Assembly: GCA_037445065.1 (NCBI GenBank)
Contig: JBBILD010000001.1
Coordinates: 32,001 to 96,000, forward strand
Direction: 5' to 3'
DNA: 64,000 nt
From: Myxococcales bacterium
GTDB taxonomy: Bacteria; Desulfobacterota; Binatia; HRBIN30
Numbering within the stretch: position 1 is the stretch's first letter; each line of letters starts with the position of its first letter. This document shows, piece by piece, positions 47,811 through 56,181 of this stretch. Below the pieces are notes generated by a model, which was not told the DNA's origin, made no database searches, and saw only the letters and a list, made by a program, of their open reading frames with translations. The translations under genes and the position numbers were made by a program.

Positions 47811-50800
47811 TCAGCGACAGACAAACGTACTCCCGCTTCGTGAGAACTCACACCGAGGGCGCACGCTAGTGCTTTCATTGAACGTAAGGCTGCTGCACTG
47901 TCCCATTGCTGCGCGGCTCTGATTACCGAGGACAACGATCAGCTGAACCGGGTCCTTGCCTGGCTGAATCTGAAAATCGCCGGTCTTTCCTTTGATGGTC
48001 ACGGTAAAAAGACCCGGCGTCCGCGTGGAACTGCGAACGGTTGCCTTTACAATGTCCCCTTGGAGCCGGTCAGGGTCGCGGTAAGTGGCTACATGGCCGC
48101 TGGTACTGAGTCGCCAACCAACGTCCGAGCGCGAGGTGGCAGCGCCTCCCGGAACGATCCTTTGCCACAGCAGATTCCCGTTTCGATCGAGCACCGCGAA
48201 ACGGATTCCCTCCGCAACTGGGTTAGGCGCTGGGACGGCGGGTGCGAGCATCCAGGCCACCCGAATGCTGAGGTTTTCATCGCCTGCTGGATCGGGGTTC
48301 CGTGTGATCTTCAGTTTTGCTGGAGAAGGAACAGTAGTGCCGCTGCAAAAGACTTCTGGCAGTGGGGTCGTTGTTGGCGTTGGGGTCTCGGTTTCCGTAG
48401 GGGTCGGCGTCTCGGATGGTGTGGGCGTCTCGGATGGTGTGGGCGTCGAGGTCGGAGTCTGAGTGGGGGGATCCGTTGGCGTCTGCGTGGGCGTCCAGGT
48501 CGGTGTCAGTGTGGGCCCGCCGGGTGTGATTGTCACAGTAGGTGTTGGGGTGGGCGTAAAGGTGAGGCTGGGTGTCGGCGAGAGCGTGGGAGTGCTTGTC
48601 CGGGTTATGGTTGCTGAGGGCGTCCAGGTTAGGGTTGGGGTCGGTGTCAGCGTGGGCACGGGCGAGAGGGTCGGGGTCTGGGTGGCGGTCAAAGTTTGGC
48701 TCGGCGAGGGCGTGGCTGTGCGCGTCGGGGTTCGTGACGCAGTCGCCGTGGACGTAGCGCTAGGAGTGGGGGTGGCAGTCGCGAAGTTCGGGGTGCTGTT
48801 GGGGTCAGCCGGGTCGGAGCCCGCGTCGATTTCGTCGCGATCGAAATAAGAGTCCTCGTCACGGTCGACGCCCATCCGCACCGCGGATCCTAACGGGACG
48901 GCCGTATACGTAAGCTCCTGACCTGGGATGGAAGCCACCATGCGCAGGGAAGAATCGGTCCAGGCGGGCTCACCGGCTCGGTCGCTTTGGAAGGTACCAG
49001 TGGCTGTACGGTACCAGCCGCGCATCTCGCCGTTGTAAAAACCTTTCACGACGATGTCCGTTTCCCCCGCGGCAGCGCGCTGCAAAAGCAGGTCGATGCG
49101 CGGATTAGCCACTGCAGCGTTGGCTGAGGTCAGGGTAACCTGCTGTCCAACAACGGGGAAGAGATCCGTGTCGAACGCGAGCAGAAACTGCTCCACATTG
49201 CGCCGCTGGGTGTCCCCGCCGTCGAAGCCAGCCCCATTTTGGTTATTGAAGACGGTGGCATTGAGAAATCGAAAGAGGGTGTCCACGCTACCGTCGTGGA
49301 GAAAGCCGAAGCCCCGGATTTGGTCACCCTTGTGTCCGTTGTCGCCAGAGTTGAAGAACGGAACGGCTGCCATCCCGAACATTCCGACTTTTTGGTAGAG
49401 GTTTCGCAGGTGGGCGATCTTGATGACTTGAGGCTCGTTTTCGAAGCTGGCCTTCCCATCTGTGCCGAAGAACCCTTGAGCACGGTTTGTCACGTGGCAG
49501 CCGTTGCAAGTGTGTCCAAGCGCGCTGTCCGTACCATCCGTGCCGAACGGGATTCCATCTGCGCGGCGAGGACCAAAGAAGAAGTCGCGGCCCGCTTGCT
49601 GTGCCGGTGTGAGGGAGTTGTCTAGGGCGCGGATGGGATTCGGCGGCAACTTTACTTGCAAGATAAAGTCAGTAAACGCTTGCATCTCTGCTGCGGTGAG
49701 TTGCGCGCTTCGGCCAAGCAGTCCAGGGAAAGCGACGTTGAACGCCTTGAACGCAAGATCCGCGCTGAAGGGCTGAGAACTTCCTCCATTGCGGTCACCC
49801 CGCCAGTGCATGGCCCCGTGGTTGACGAGCCCTCGTAACGTTTGCGTGGTCATCGGGCCTTTCATTGGATGAAAATCGCGGAACACTCCGCTGGGAATGA
49901 ACGAAGCCAGTTTCACAGGAAGCGGGTTCGTCTGGGTTTCATCGTCCGGGTTGCCGAGATCCCAGGCGAGGCTGTCGAGGTCTGCGAAGATGTGACAACT
50001 TGCACACGCTGCTTCTCCGTTGCTCGAGGTATATTGCGCATCGTACAAAAAGCGCCGCCCATTAATCACCGAAGCCGGTTCGGGATTATAGAGGGACACG
50101 TGGTCCACCTCGGTTTTGGTCGCCGTGTCCACGATTGCGATCCCGTTGTCGAAACGCGTCAGGACGTAAAGTCGTTGCCGCGTTTCATCGAGGGCCAAAC
50201 CCGCCGGCCCGCCGCCGCTGACAGAAATGTAGTTGGCGCCGTTCGGAACAAATGTGTCGGCCTCGAGTTCGGCAGTTTGAAAAACGCCGACTTTGCTGGA
50301 GCCGAAAGCCGCGACGTACAGGGTCTGGCCATCACTGGTCACGACCATGTCCAGCGGTGTGGCAAGGCTGTGATCCTTGGCCCCTGGCGGAGCTGGGCGC
50401 TGACTGTAGTCAATGTGCTTGTTCAGATGGCGTGGTAGCACATTGGAGCCGGACAGAACCGTAATCCTCGCCTCGGCGAGGTGCCCTTGCACTGTGGTTC
50501 CCCCGAACTGGGCCGCAAAGACTCCGGGACCTTCGAACCGAAACTCGTTGCGCGCCTCGAAGTTGCTCACGTAAATTTTCCCGGTAACCGGGTTCGTGAC
50601 CATGTTGAACAAGATCGTCCCGACACCGGCGAAGTAGCCCGCTCCACCGGGGAGTTGGGCCGGCGGGTTGGCGTTGGCGTCGATGACAAACACGTCCTTG
50701 TCGGGTAAGTTGAATTTGACGGCATTGTTCCAGTTGCGCCCACACACGCTTCCTGGGCAGTCCGCATCGGTGGTACAACTCCAGCCGTACTTAGACCCAC

Positions 50801-51641
50801 CTGCGCACGCCTTATCCGACCAGTACGATCCATTCCACTTGACGATGAGGCCGACCTCGGGCGCCGCCGCACCGGTGTGATCGCGCGTAGGCAGCGGTAA
50901 TCCGCCCGGGTATGTCACTCCAGAAACCGTGCAGGGCCCCGCAACTACGTTATCCCCTTTGTTCGAGTCGTCGCACACGACGCCTTCGTTGACCACCGTG
51001 GTTTGGTTTCCAGAGTGAAAGACCGCCGCGTACACTCTGCTGCCATCCGGACTGACGGCAAGAGCGCGCGGCGTATCGCCAAACAACGTGAGGATGGCCA
51101 AGGGTATGCCGCCCAGCGAGCTTCCGAGATTGTTGGCATCGAAGACCCACACATCCGCGCGCCCGATTCCGGGTGTGGTGAGTTGGGGGTCGTTCGGGTT
51201 ATTTTGCCCGCGATGGGCACACGTGATAAACGCCCGATTTCTGCCCGGGCCGGCGAACACGATGTCCCGTGGTTCATCTCCGACTAATAGAGTGCGAACG
51301 ACGCGGGCAGGGAGGGACGACAGGTCCACAATGCTCACAGAGTCCGACAAGTGGTTGACTACCCAGACCTCGGTGTTCGTGCGGGCAGCCACCGCCACTG
51401 GTTCTAAGCCTACTGGCACGGAGTCCAAATGCGTCAGGGATCCGTCAGGATTAATGGAAAAGATTTCTAGGCGGCTGTCAGGGATGTTGGTCGCAAAAAG
51501 CTTGCTCCCGTCGGGGGACTTGGCCAGCGGCCGCACGGGGCCACTTTCGAACAGTGTGTACGGGCCTGCCGCGAGAACCCGAGGCAACGACAATAGTAAC
51601 GTGAATCCAACCCAAAACGCCCCGCGTGCGAGCGATTGCAT
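47811..51641 (-). CDS. Large secreted protein: YncE/YVTN beta-propeller, diheme cytochrome c peroxidase-like domain, Thr/Pro linker, Cys-containing C-terminal domain
   Basis: Signal peptide; VGLEPVAV/VGDEPRDI propeller repeats; CASCH and CNGCH; HWRGDR, HLRNL, LHDGS; DRDEDSYFDRDE Ca-binding-like motif. Confidence 0.85.
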   Translation of the reverse strand: MQSLARGAFWVGFTLLLSLPRVLAAGPYTLFESGPVRPLAKSPDGSKLFATNIPDSRLEIFSINPDGSLTHLDSVPVGLEPVAVAARTNTEVWVVNHLSDSVSIVDLSSLPARVVRTLLVGDEPRDIVFAGPGRNRAFITCAHRGQNNPNDPQLTTPGIGRADVWVFDANNLGSSLGGIPLAILTLFGDTPRALAVSPDGSRVYAAVFHSGNQTTVVNEGVVCDDSNKGDNVVAGPCTVSGVTYPGGLPLPTRDHTGAAAPEVGLIVKWNGSYWSDKACAGGSKYGWSCTTDADCPGSVCGRNWNNAVKFNLPDKDVFVIDANANPPAQLPGGAGYFAGVGTILFNMVTNPVTGKIYVSNFEARNEFRFEGPGVFAAQFGGTTVQGHLAEARITVLSGSNVLPRHLNKHIDYSQRPAPPGAKDHSLATPLDMVVTSDGQTLYVAAFGSSKVGVFQTAELEADTFVPNGANYISVSGGGPAGLALDETRQRLYVLTRFDNGIAIVDTATKTEVDHVSLYNPEPASVINGRRFLYDAQYTSSNGEAACASCHIFADLDSLAWDLGNPDDETQTNPLPVKLASFIPSGVFRDFHPMKGPMTTQTLRGLVNHGAMHWRGDRNGGSSQPFSADLAFKAFNVAFPGLLGRSAQLTAAEMQAFTDFILQVKLPPNPIRALDNSLTPAQQAGRDFFFGPRRADGIPFGTDGTDSALGHTCNGCHVTNRAQGFFGTDGKASFENEPQVIKIAHLRNLYQKVGMFGMAAVPFFNSGDNGHKGDQIRGFGFLHDGSVDTLFRFLNATVFNNQNGAGFDGGDTQRRNVEQFLLAFDTDLFPVVGQQVTLTSANAAVANPRIDLLLQRAAAGETDIVVKGFYNGEMRGWYRTATGTFQSDRAGEPAWTDSSLRMVASIPGQELTYTAVPLGSAVRMGVDRDEDSYFDRDEIDAGSDPADPNSTPNFATATPTPSATSTATASRTPTRTATPSPSQTLTATQTPTLSPVPTLTPTPTLTWTPSATITRTSTPTLSPTPSLTFTPTPTPTVTITPGGPTLTPTWTPTQTPTDPPTQTPTSTPTPSETPTPSETPTPTETETPTPTTTPLPEVFCSGTTVPSPAKLKITRNPDPAGDENLSIRVAWMLAPAVPAPNPVAEGIRFAVLDRNGNLLWQRIVPGGAATSRSDVGWRLSTSGHVATYRDPDRLQGDIVKATVRSSTRTPGLFTVTIKGKTGDFQIQPGKDPVQLIVVLGNQSRAAMGQCSSLTFNESTSVRPRCEFSRSGSTFVCR
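48361..48783 (-). repeat. Thr/Pro-rich low-complexity linker containing an exact 18-bp tandem duplication (48406-48441)
   Basis: (TP)n-rich stretch of about 140 aa; GGCGTCTCGGATGGTGTG occurs twice in tandem. Confidence 0.9.
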
Positions 51642-51754
51642 AGCCGTGTCCAATCTTCCCTCCCCAGATGGGGCGTCGCTTACCACAGGTGGAGTTCGAT
51701 TGACAACACAATAACGCAACCTTCTTGTGCCACGGGAGGACAAAGCGCGAGGCG

Positions 51755-51780
51755 GGAATAAAATGAAAAGAATGAACGTA
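51755..51780 (+). promoter_or_regulatory. ECF-type promoter GGAAT-N17-CGTA
   Basis: GGAAT AAAATGAAAAGAATGAA CGTA, 38 nt upstream of the ECF sigma start. Confidence 0.6.
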
Positions 51781-51818
51781 GTAAGTGGCGGTAGTTGTAA
51801 AAGCTAGAAAACCATAAG

Positions 51819-52391
51819 ATGGCCTGGCCAGGAAAAGATCGCGGGTGGTTCGAGCGCGAGGTCCTACCTCATCTCTCTGCACTGTATCAGTTTGCCGTAG
51901 AGCTGGCCGGCCTAGACGACGCAGAGGACCTTGTGCAGACGGCCGTTCTGCGTGCATGGCAGCGGCGGGCATTGGCGCGGCCGGACCGCAGTTTGCGACC
52001 CTGGCTCTTTGCGATTCTGCGGCATGAGTGGATCGATGAATGTAGGCGGCGCCAGCGTGTCGGTCGCTGCGACAACGTAACGGAGGAGTTGCTTCTGACG
52101 CCGTTGTCTTCTGATCCAGTGGCATTGGTGGCTCAACAGCGAAATGCTCGCCGGGTGCGGGACGCTCTCCGGGCCATTCCTGAGGCGTTCCGTTGGCCGG
52201 TTTACTTGAAGGACGTCGAGGGGTTCGGGTACCGCGAAATCGCGGAAATTTTGGGACTTCCTATCGGTACCGTAATGAGCCGTCTCGCCAGGGGCCGCGC
52301 GCTGCTCCGAGAGCGCCTGGAGGAAGTGGCAGCGGAGTCAGGTGTTGCCGGGTCACGGTCCGTCGTAAGGAAGCGGACAAATGGATTGTAG
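51819..52391 (+). CDS. ECF RNA polymerase sigma factor
   Basis: DAEDLVQ, WLFAILR, EGFGYREIAEILGLPIGTVMSRLARGR. Confidence 0.95.
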   Translation: MAWPGKDRGWFEREVLPHLSALYQFAVELAGLDDAEDLVQTAVLRAWQRRALARPDRSLRPWLFAILRHEWIDECRRRQRVGRCDNVTEELLLTPLSSDPVALVAQQRNARRVRDALRAIPEAFRWPVYLKDVEGFGYREIAEILGLPIGTVMSRLARGRALLRERLEEVAAESGVAGSRSVVRKRTNGL

Positions 52392-53208
52392 TAGTTGTCA
52401 GCGGTACGTGACCGCATACGTCGATCACGAGCTGGGCCTGGAACAAATGCTCCTTGTCGAGGAGCACGTTGCCGCGTGTTCTGCTTGCCGTGGGCGGCTC
52501 GAGAACGAGCGGGAAACAGCCCTTCTGGTAGCCGAATACTTTCCGCGCCTGGTGGCTCCGGAACGTTTGCTGCATCGGATTCGAGCTGCGCTTCGCTCGC
52601 CGGTGCGGTGGCCCGTGCGCAGCACACCGGTTTGGCCCCTGGCTGCCGGTTTATTCTTGGTTTGGTTGGGTTGGTGGATCGGAATCGGGGGTGTCTTGAG
52701 CAAGAACCCACCGGAAATCGTGCGCGACGCCATTGAGCTTCACCGCCACTCAGGGCTTCCCGATGCTTCGGCTGTGCGAACGGATGATCCCGCCCTTGCG
52801 AATCGATGGCTGCGGGAGCGGCTTGCGTTCATTCCTGAGGGTGCGCTCAGAACGCCGGATGGTGCCGAACTCGTGGCTGCACAGGTCGTCACCATTGCTG
52901 GCACGTCGGCGGGTTTCGTCCGCTACCGGGCGCGGGACGGGCATGTTTCGTTGTTTCTCCTCCCGGCACGCTCTCTTCCCGCTAGCGGGGAGAAATTTTG
53001 GGTCGGCGGAGTGGAGTTTCGAGCCTACGCGTGGCAAGGAGAAAGGCCAATTTTGTGGAATCATGACTCCGTTTCTTACATTTTAGTCGCTGAGTCGAAT
53101 CGGGAAATCGGGGAACATGTCCGCGACCGGTCCCCGCGGGCCTGCGGGGTGTGTCATTCGGTCGGGAACGAATGGGCCCGGAAGCTCTCCTCCGGAGAGT
53201 TGTTGTAA
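52381..53208 (+). CDS. Transmembrane ZAS (zf-HC2) anti-sigma factor with C-terminal CxxCH
   Basis: MDC...AYVD.EL...EHVAACSAC (HxxxCxxC), TM helix, extracytoplasmic domain, ACGVCH near the C-terminus; overlaps the sigma stop. Confidence 0.88.
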   Translation: MDCSSCQRYVTAYVDHELGLEQMLLVEEHVAACSACRGRLENERETALLVAEYFPRLVAPERLLHRIRAALRSPVRWPVRSTPVWPLAAGLFLVWLGWWIGIGGVLSKNPPEIVRDAIELHRHSGLPDASAVRTDDPALANRWLRERLAFIPEGALRTPDGAELVAAQVVTIAGTSAGFVRYRARDGHVSLFLLPARSLPASGEKFWVGGVEFRAYAWQGERPILWNHDSVSYILVAESNREIGEHVRDRSPRACGVCHSVGNEWARKLSSGELL

Positions 53209-53225
53209 CGAGTTGGGGTGGACGG

Positions 53226-54356
53226 ATGAGAAAACCAGCAAGATCTTTGGCGGCCTCTCTTTTCGGTGCTTTTGCATTGTACCTCCCGAAGGGCGTGTTG
53301 GAGCCAATCATTCCGGCAGACAACCCATTGACGGTCGAGAAAGTGGAATTGGGAAAGAAACTGTATTTTGACAAACGCCTTTCGGCGGATGGGACGGTGG
53401 CTTGTGCTACCTGTCACGATCCCACGAAGGGCTTCTCGGACGGTCGTCCTGTGGCCACTGGGATCCGCAACCAAGCGGGTGCTCGCAACTCGCCAACCGT
53501 CTTGTACGCTGGGTTCAGCGAGATCCAGTTCTGGGACGGGAGAGCACCATCCTTGGAAGAACAGGCAAAACAGCCCCTCATCAACCCGGTAGAAATGGGA
53601 CAACCGTCGCATGATGCGGTCGTGAAGGCGGTGCAGGCGGTTGCCGACTATCCGCCCCTGTTCCAGCGCGCCTTTGGTAGCCCTACGATCACGATTGACC
53701 GGATTGTTCAAGCAATCGCCTCCTTCGAGCGAACACTGGCACCGTTTTCCTCGCCCTTCGATCGCTTTCTGGCCGGGGAAAAAGACGCGATTAGCGACTC
53801 CGCCAAGCGCGGCTTCCAGCTGTTTTTGGGTAAGGCGCGCTGCGTTACCTGCCACGAATTCAACGCCGCATTTCCGTTCTTTACCGACAACAAGTTCCAC
53901 AACATCGGCGTGGCAATGAAAGGGAACTTCGAACAGTTGGCCCGCGAGGCGCAAGCCTTGGTGGGTCGTGGGAAAGAGGCCGAAGCGGAGCTCACCCACA
54001 AGCCGGGGGTCGAAGCACTGGGCCGCTGGATCGTTTCCCGCGAGCCAAAGGACATTGGAGCCTTCAAAACCCCGGGCCTTCGCAACGTCGCCTTGACGGC
54101 GCCGTACATGCACGACGGCAGCTTGCGAACGCTCGAAGAGGTGATGGAGTTCTACAATAAGGGCGGGGAACCAAATCCCAACTTGGACGGAGGCATGCGC
54201 CCGCTCGGCCTCACGCAGCAGGAAATCACAGATATCATCGAGTTCATGAAGAGCCTGACGGACGAAAGTGGAGGCAAGAATTTCAACTGGGAGGAATTGA
54301 AAGCGTTGGCTCAGAAAACACGCGCTGGGGAGTTGGTGCCGGGCCCCGCGCCGTGA
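53226..54356 (+). CDS. Diheme cytochrome c peroxidase/MauG superfamily protein
   Basis: CATCH, RNSPT, QFWDGR, CVTCH, FKTPGLRN, PYMHDG...FY. Confidence 0.93.
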   Translation: MRKPARSLAASLFGAFALYLPKGVLEPIIPADNPLTVEKVELGKKLYFDKRLSADGTVACATCHDPTKGFSDGRPVATGIRNQAGARNSPTVLYAGFSEIQFWDGRAPSLEEQAKQPLINPVEMGQPSHDAVVKAVQAVADYPPLFQRAFGSPTITIDRIVQAIASFERTLAPFSSPFDRFLAGEKDAISDSAKRGFQLFLGKARCVTCHEFNAAFPFFTDNKFHNIGVAMKGNFEQLAREAQALVGRGKEAEAELTHKPGVEALGRWIVSREPKDIGAFKTPGLRNVALTAPYMHDGSLRTLEEVMEFYNKGGEPNPNLDGGMRPLGLTQQEITDIIEFMKSLTDESGGKNFNWEELKALAQKTRAGELVPGPAP

Positions 54357-54391
54357 GAACGGAACACGGTACCGGGAAGGAGGAATGAGTC

Positions 54392-55540
54392 ATGGCAAAG
54401 TACACGCTCCCTCAGGAACGGAAAAAACAAGAGTATCTGGGCGAGCGCGACCGGTTTTTCGCCGAGCTGCCTAAGCTCAACCGTCGAGACTTTTTCAGGG
54501 TTGCCGCCAAGGCAGCGGCAGTGGCCACCGCGTTCTGGAAGGGGTATCCACCCCACTCGTTTCAACTGATTCGGGTTGCCGAAGCGAAGCAGAGCCAACC
54601 TAAATTCACGTTCGCGTATATCTCCGATACACACATTCTCGACAAAGGGCTCAATCATCGCTTTGTCAAAGCCTGCCAGAAGGCGGTTCAGGACGTGAAT
54701 GCGCTCGATCCGCAGCCCGATTTTGTCTTGTTCGGGGGCGACTTGGCGCAGTTGGGCAAGGCCGAGGAGCTGTCGATCGGGCAGCAGATCTTGAAGGAGT
54801 TAAAAGCTCCCGTACGCATGATGGTTGGCGAGCATGACTGGTACTTGGACATGGGCGAGAAGTGGCGCGAAATGTTCGGTGAGCCCACGTATTCGTTTGA
54901 TCACAAGGGCGTCCACTTCGTTGTTTTGAATTCGGTGATCGTCGAGGACTATTGGACCGAGCCGAAGATGACCCCGATGGAGCGCATGCTCGCTATGGCG
55001 CAACTCGACAATCCGAACGGCCGCCCATTTATGGTAGGCGAAGAGCAACGCGATTGGTTGCGGAAGGATTTGGCGAAGGTCGACAAAAAGACTCCAGTCG
55101 TGGTCTTCTCGCACTCCCCGCTATACAAGTACTACCGCCCATGGAACTTTTGGACCGAGGATGCCGAAGAGGTCCAGAAGTTGCTGTTTCCGTTCGAATC
55201 GGTGACCGTCATCCACGCGCACACGCATCAGGTGCTGACCAACCGCATCCGCAACATTACCTTCCATGGGGTTTTATCGACCGCCTGGCCCTGGCCGTAT
55301 GCGCCCACCGGGATTCCAGAACTCACCGTTCAAATGGTCCGGGCGGACCCTTTTAATCAGTTCGATGGTTGCGGCTGGGGAACCGTCTCGATGCGAGAAG
55401 ATGGCCAGGCGGACAAACACTACGTACTCTGGGACCGGAACCCAATGACCGTGACGTTTGACCACGTGCGCCGAGGCAAGGAAGGAATGCGTGAGCTGGC
55501 AAAGCCGTTCCAGGGTAGCCTGAGCTGGCCATCGTACTGA
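54392..55540 (+). CDS. Tat-exported calcineurin-like metallophosphoesterase
   Basis: NRRDFF Tat motif; SDTH, GGDL, GEHD, HSP, HAHTH metal motifs; AAGGAGG RBS. Confidence 0.9.
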   Translation: MAKYTLPQERKKQEYLGERDRFFAELPKLNRRDFFRVAAKAAAVATAFWKGYPPHSFQLIRVAEAKQSQPKFTFAYISDTHILDKGLNHRFVKACQKAVQDVNALDPQPDFVLFGGDLAQLGKAEELSIGQQILKELKAPVRMMVGEHDWYLDMGEKWREMFGEPTYSFDHKGVHFVVLNSVIVEDYWTEPKMTPMERMLAMAQLDNPNGRPFMVGEEQRDWLRKDLAKVDKKTPVVVFSHSPLYKYYRPWNFWTEDAEEVQKLLFPFESVTVIHAHTHQVLTNRIRNITFHGVLSTAWPWPYAPTGIPELTVQMVRADPFNQFDGCGWGTVSMREDGQADKHYVLWDRNPMTVTFDHVRRGKEGMRELAKPFQGSLSWPSY

Positions 55541-55572
55541 CCGAACCCCGGCTGGACGGAAGGAGAACACAG

Positions 55573-56181
55573 ATGCGTTGGGTTGCAAAGAGACAGTGGC
55601 TGTTTGGGTTTGCCGGGCTGCTCGCAATTTCGATGCGTCCGGCTTACGCGGGCGAGATTGCCAAGCATCAATTGCCCTCAGCCCCGGATGGGCAAAGCAA
55701 GGTGGTGGGCCTATGTGACGGAGAAACGTCCGTTGTGGTCCCCGGTGTCGCTGCCCATGATCGAATGAGTCCTCAGCAGGCACGTTCGGTCGCAACGGAA
55801 CTCATGCGGCGGCACGAGGAAAAGAACCAAGTAGCCCACGGAGGGCAGGAACACACGCAGCGCGAGATCCGGGTTTGGGAAGCGGAGCTGAAGCGTGTCG
55901 TTGACGAAGGATACCGGTTATTTCACTCGCCGGAGCTTGGGACCAACGGCATTTCTTGCGACATGTGTCACCCGGATGCGAGCAATACCCACCCGGAGAC
56001 ATACCCGAAGTTCCAAACCCAGCTTCGCCGCATTGCGCTGCTGCGCGACATGATCAACTGGTGTATTGAAAACCCGATGGAGGGTCCGCCACTACCGGAA
56101 CACGATGATAAGATGAAGGCGTTGGAGGCATACATCATCTCAACTAGGAAGGGTGTGGCATTAGCTCCCGGCAAGCATTGA
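55573..56181 (+). CDS. Monoheme c-type cytochrome, SoxA/TsdA-like
   Basis: Signal peptide; SCDMCH; YPKF...LRDMINWCI..PM.G...ALEAYI. Confidence 0.8.
   Translation: MRWVAKRQWLFGFAGLLAISMRPAYAGEIAKHQLPSAPDGQSKVVGLCDGETSVVVPGVAAHDRMSPQQARSVATELMRRHEEKNQVAHGGQEHTQREIRVWEAELKRVVDEGYRLFHSPELGTNGISCDMCHPDASNTHPETYPKFQTQLRRIALLRDMINWCIENPMEGPPLPEHDDKMKALEAYIISTRKGVALAPGKH

Noticed and set aside
48361..48783. Repetitive DNA as a possible CRISPR array or VNTR element
   Set aside because: It is an in-frame Thr/Pro linker with no constant repeat-unique spacer structure.
51714..51732. Minus-strand TGGCAC...TTGC sigma54-like site upstream of the beta-propeller gene
   Set aside because: Spacing is GG-N12-GC rather than the required GG-N10-GC.
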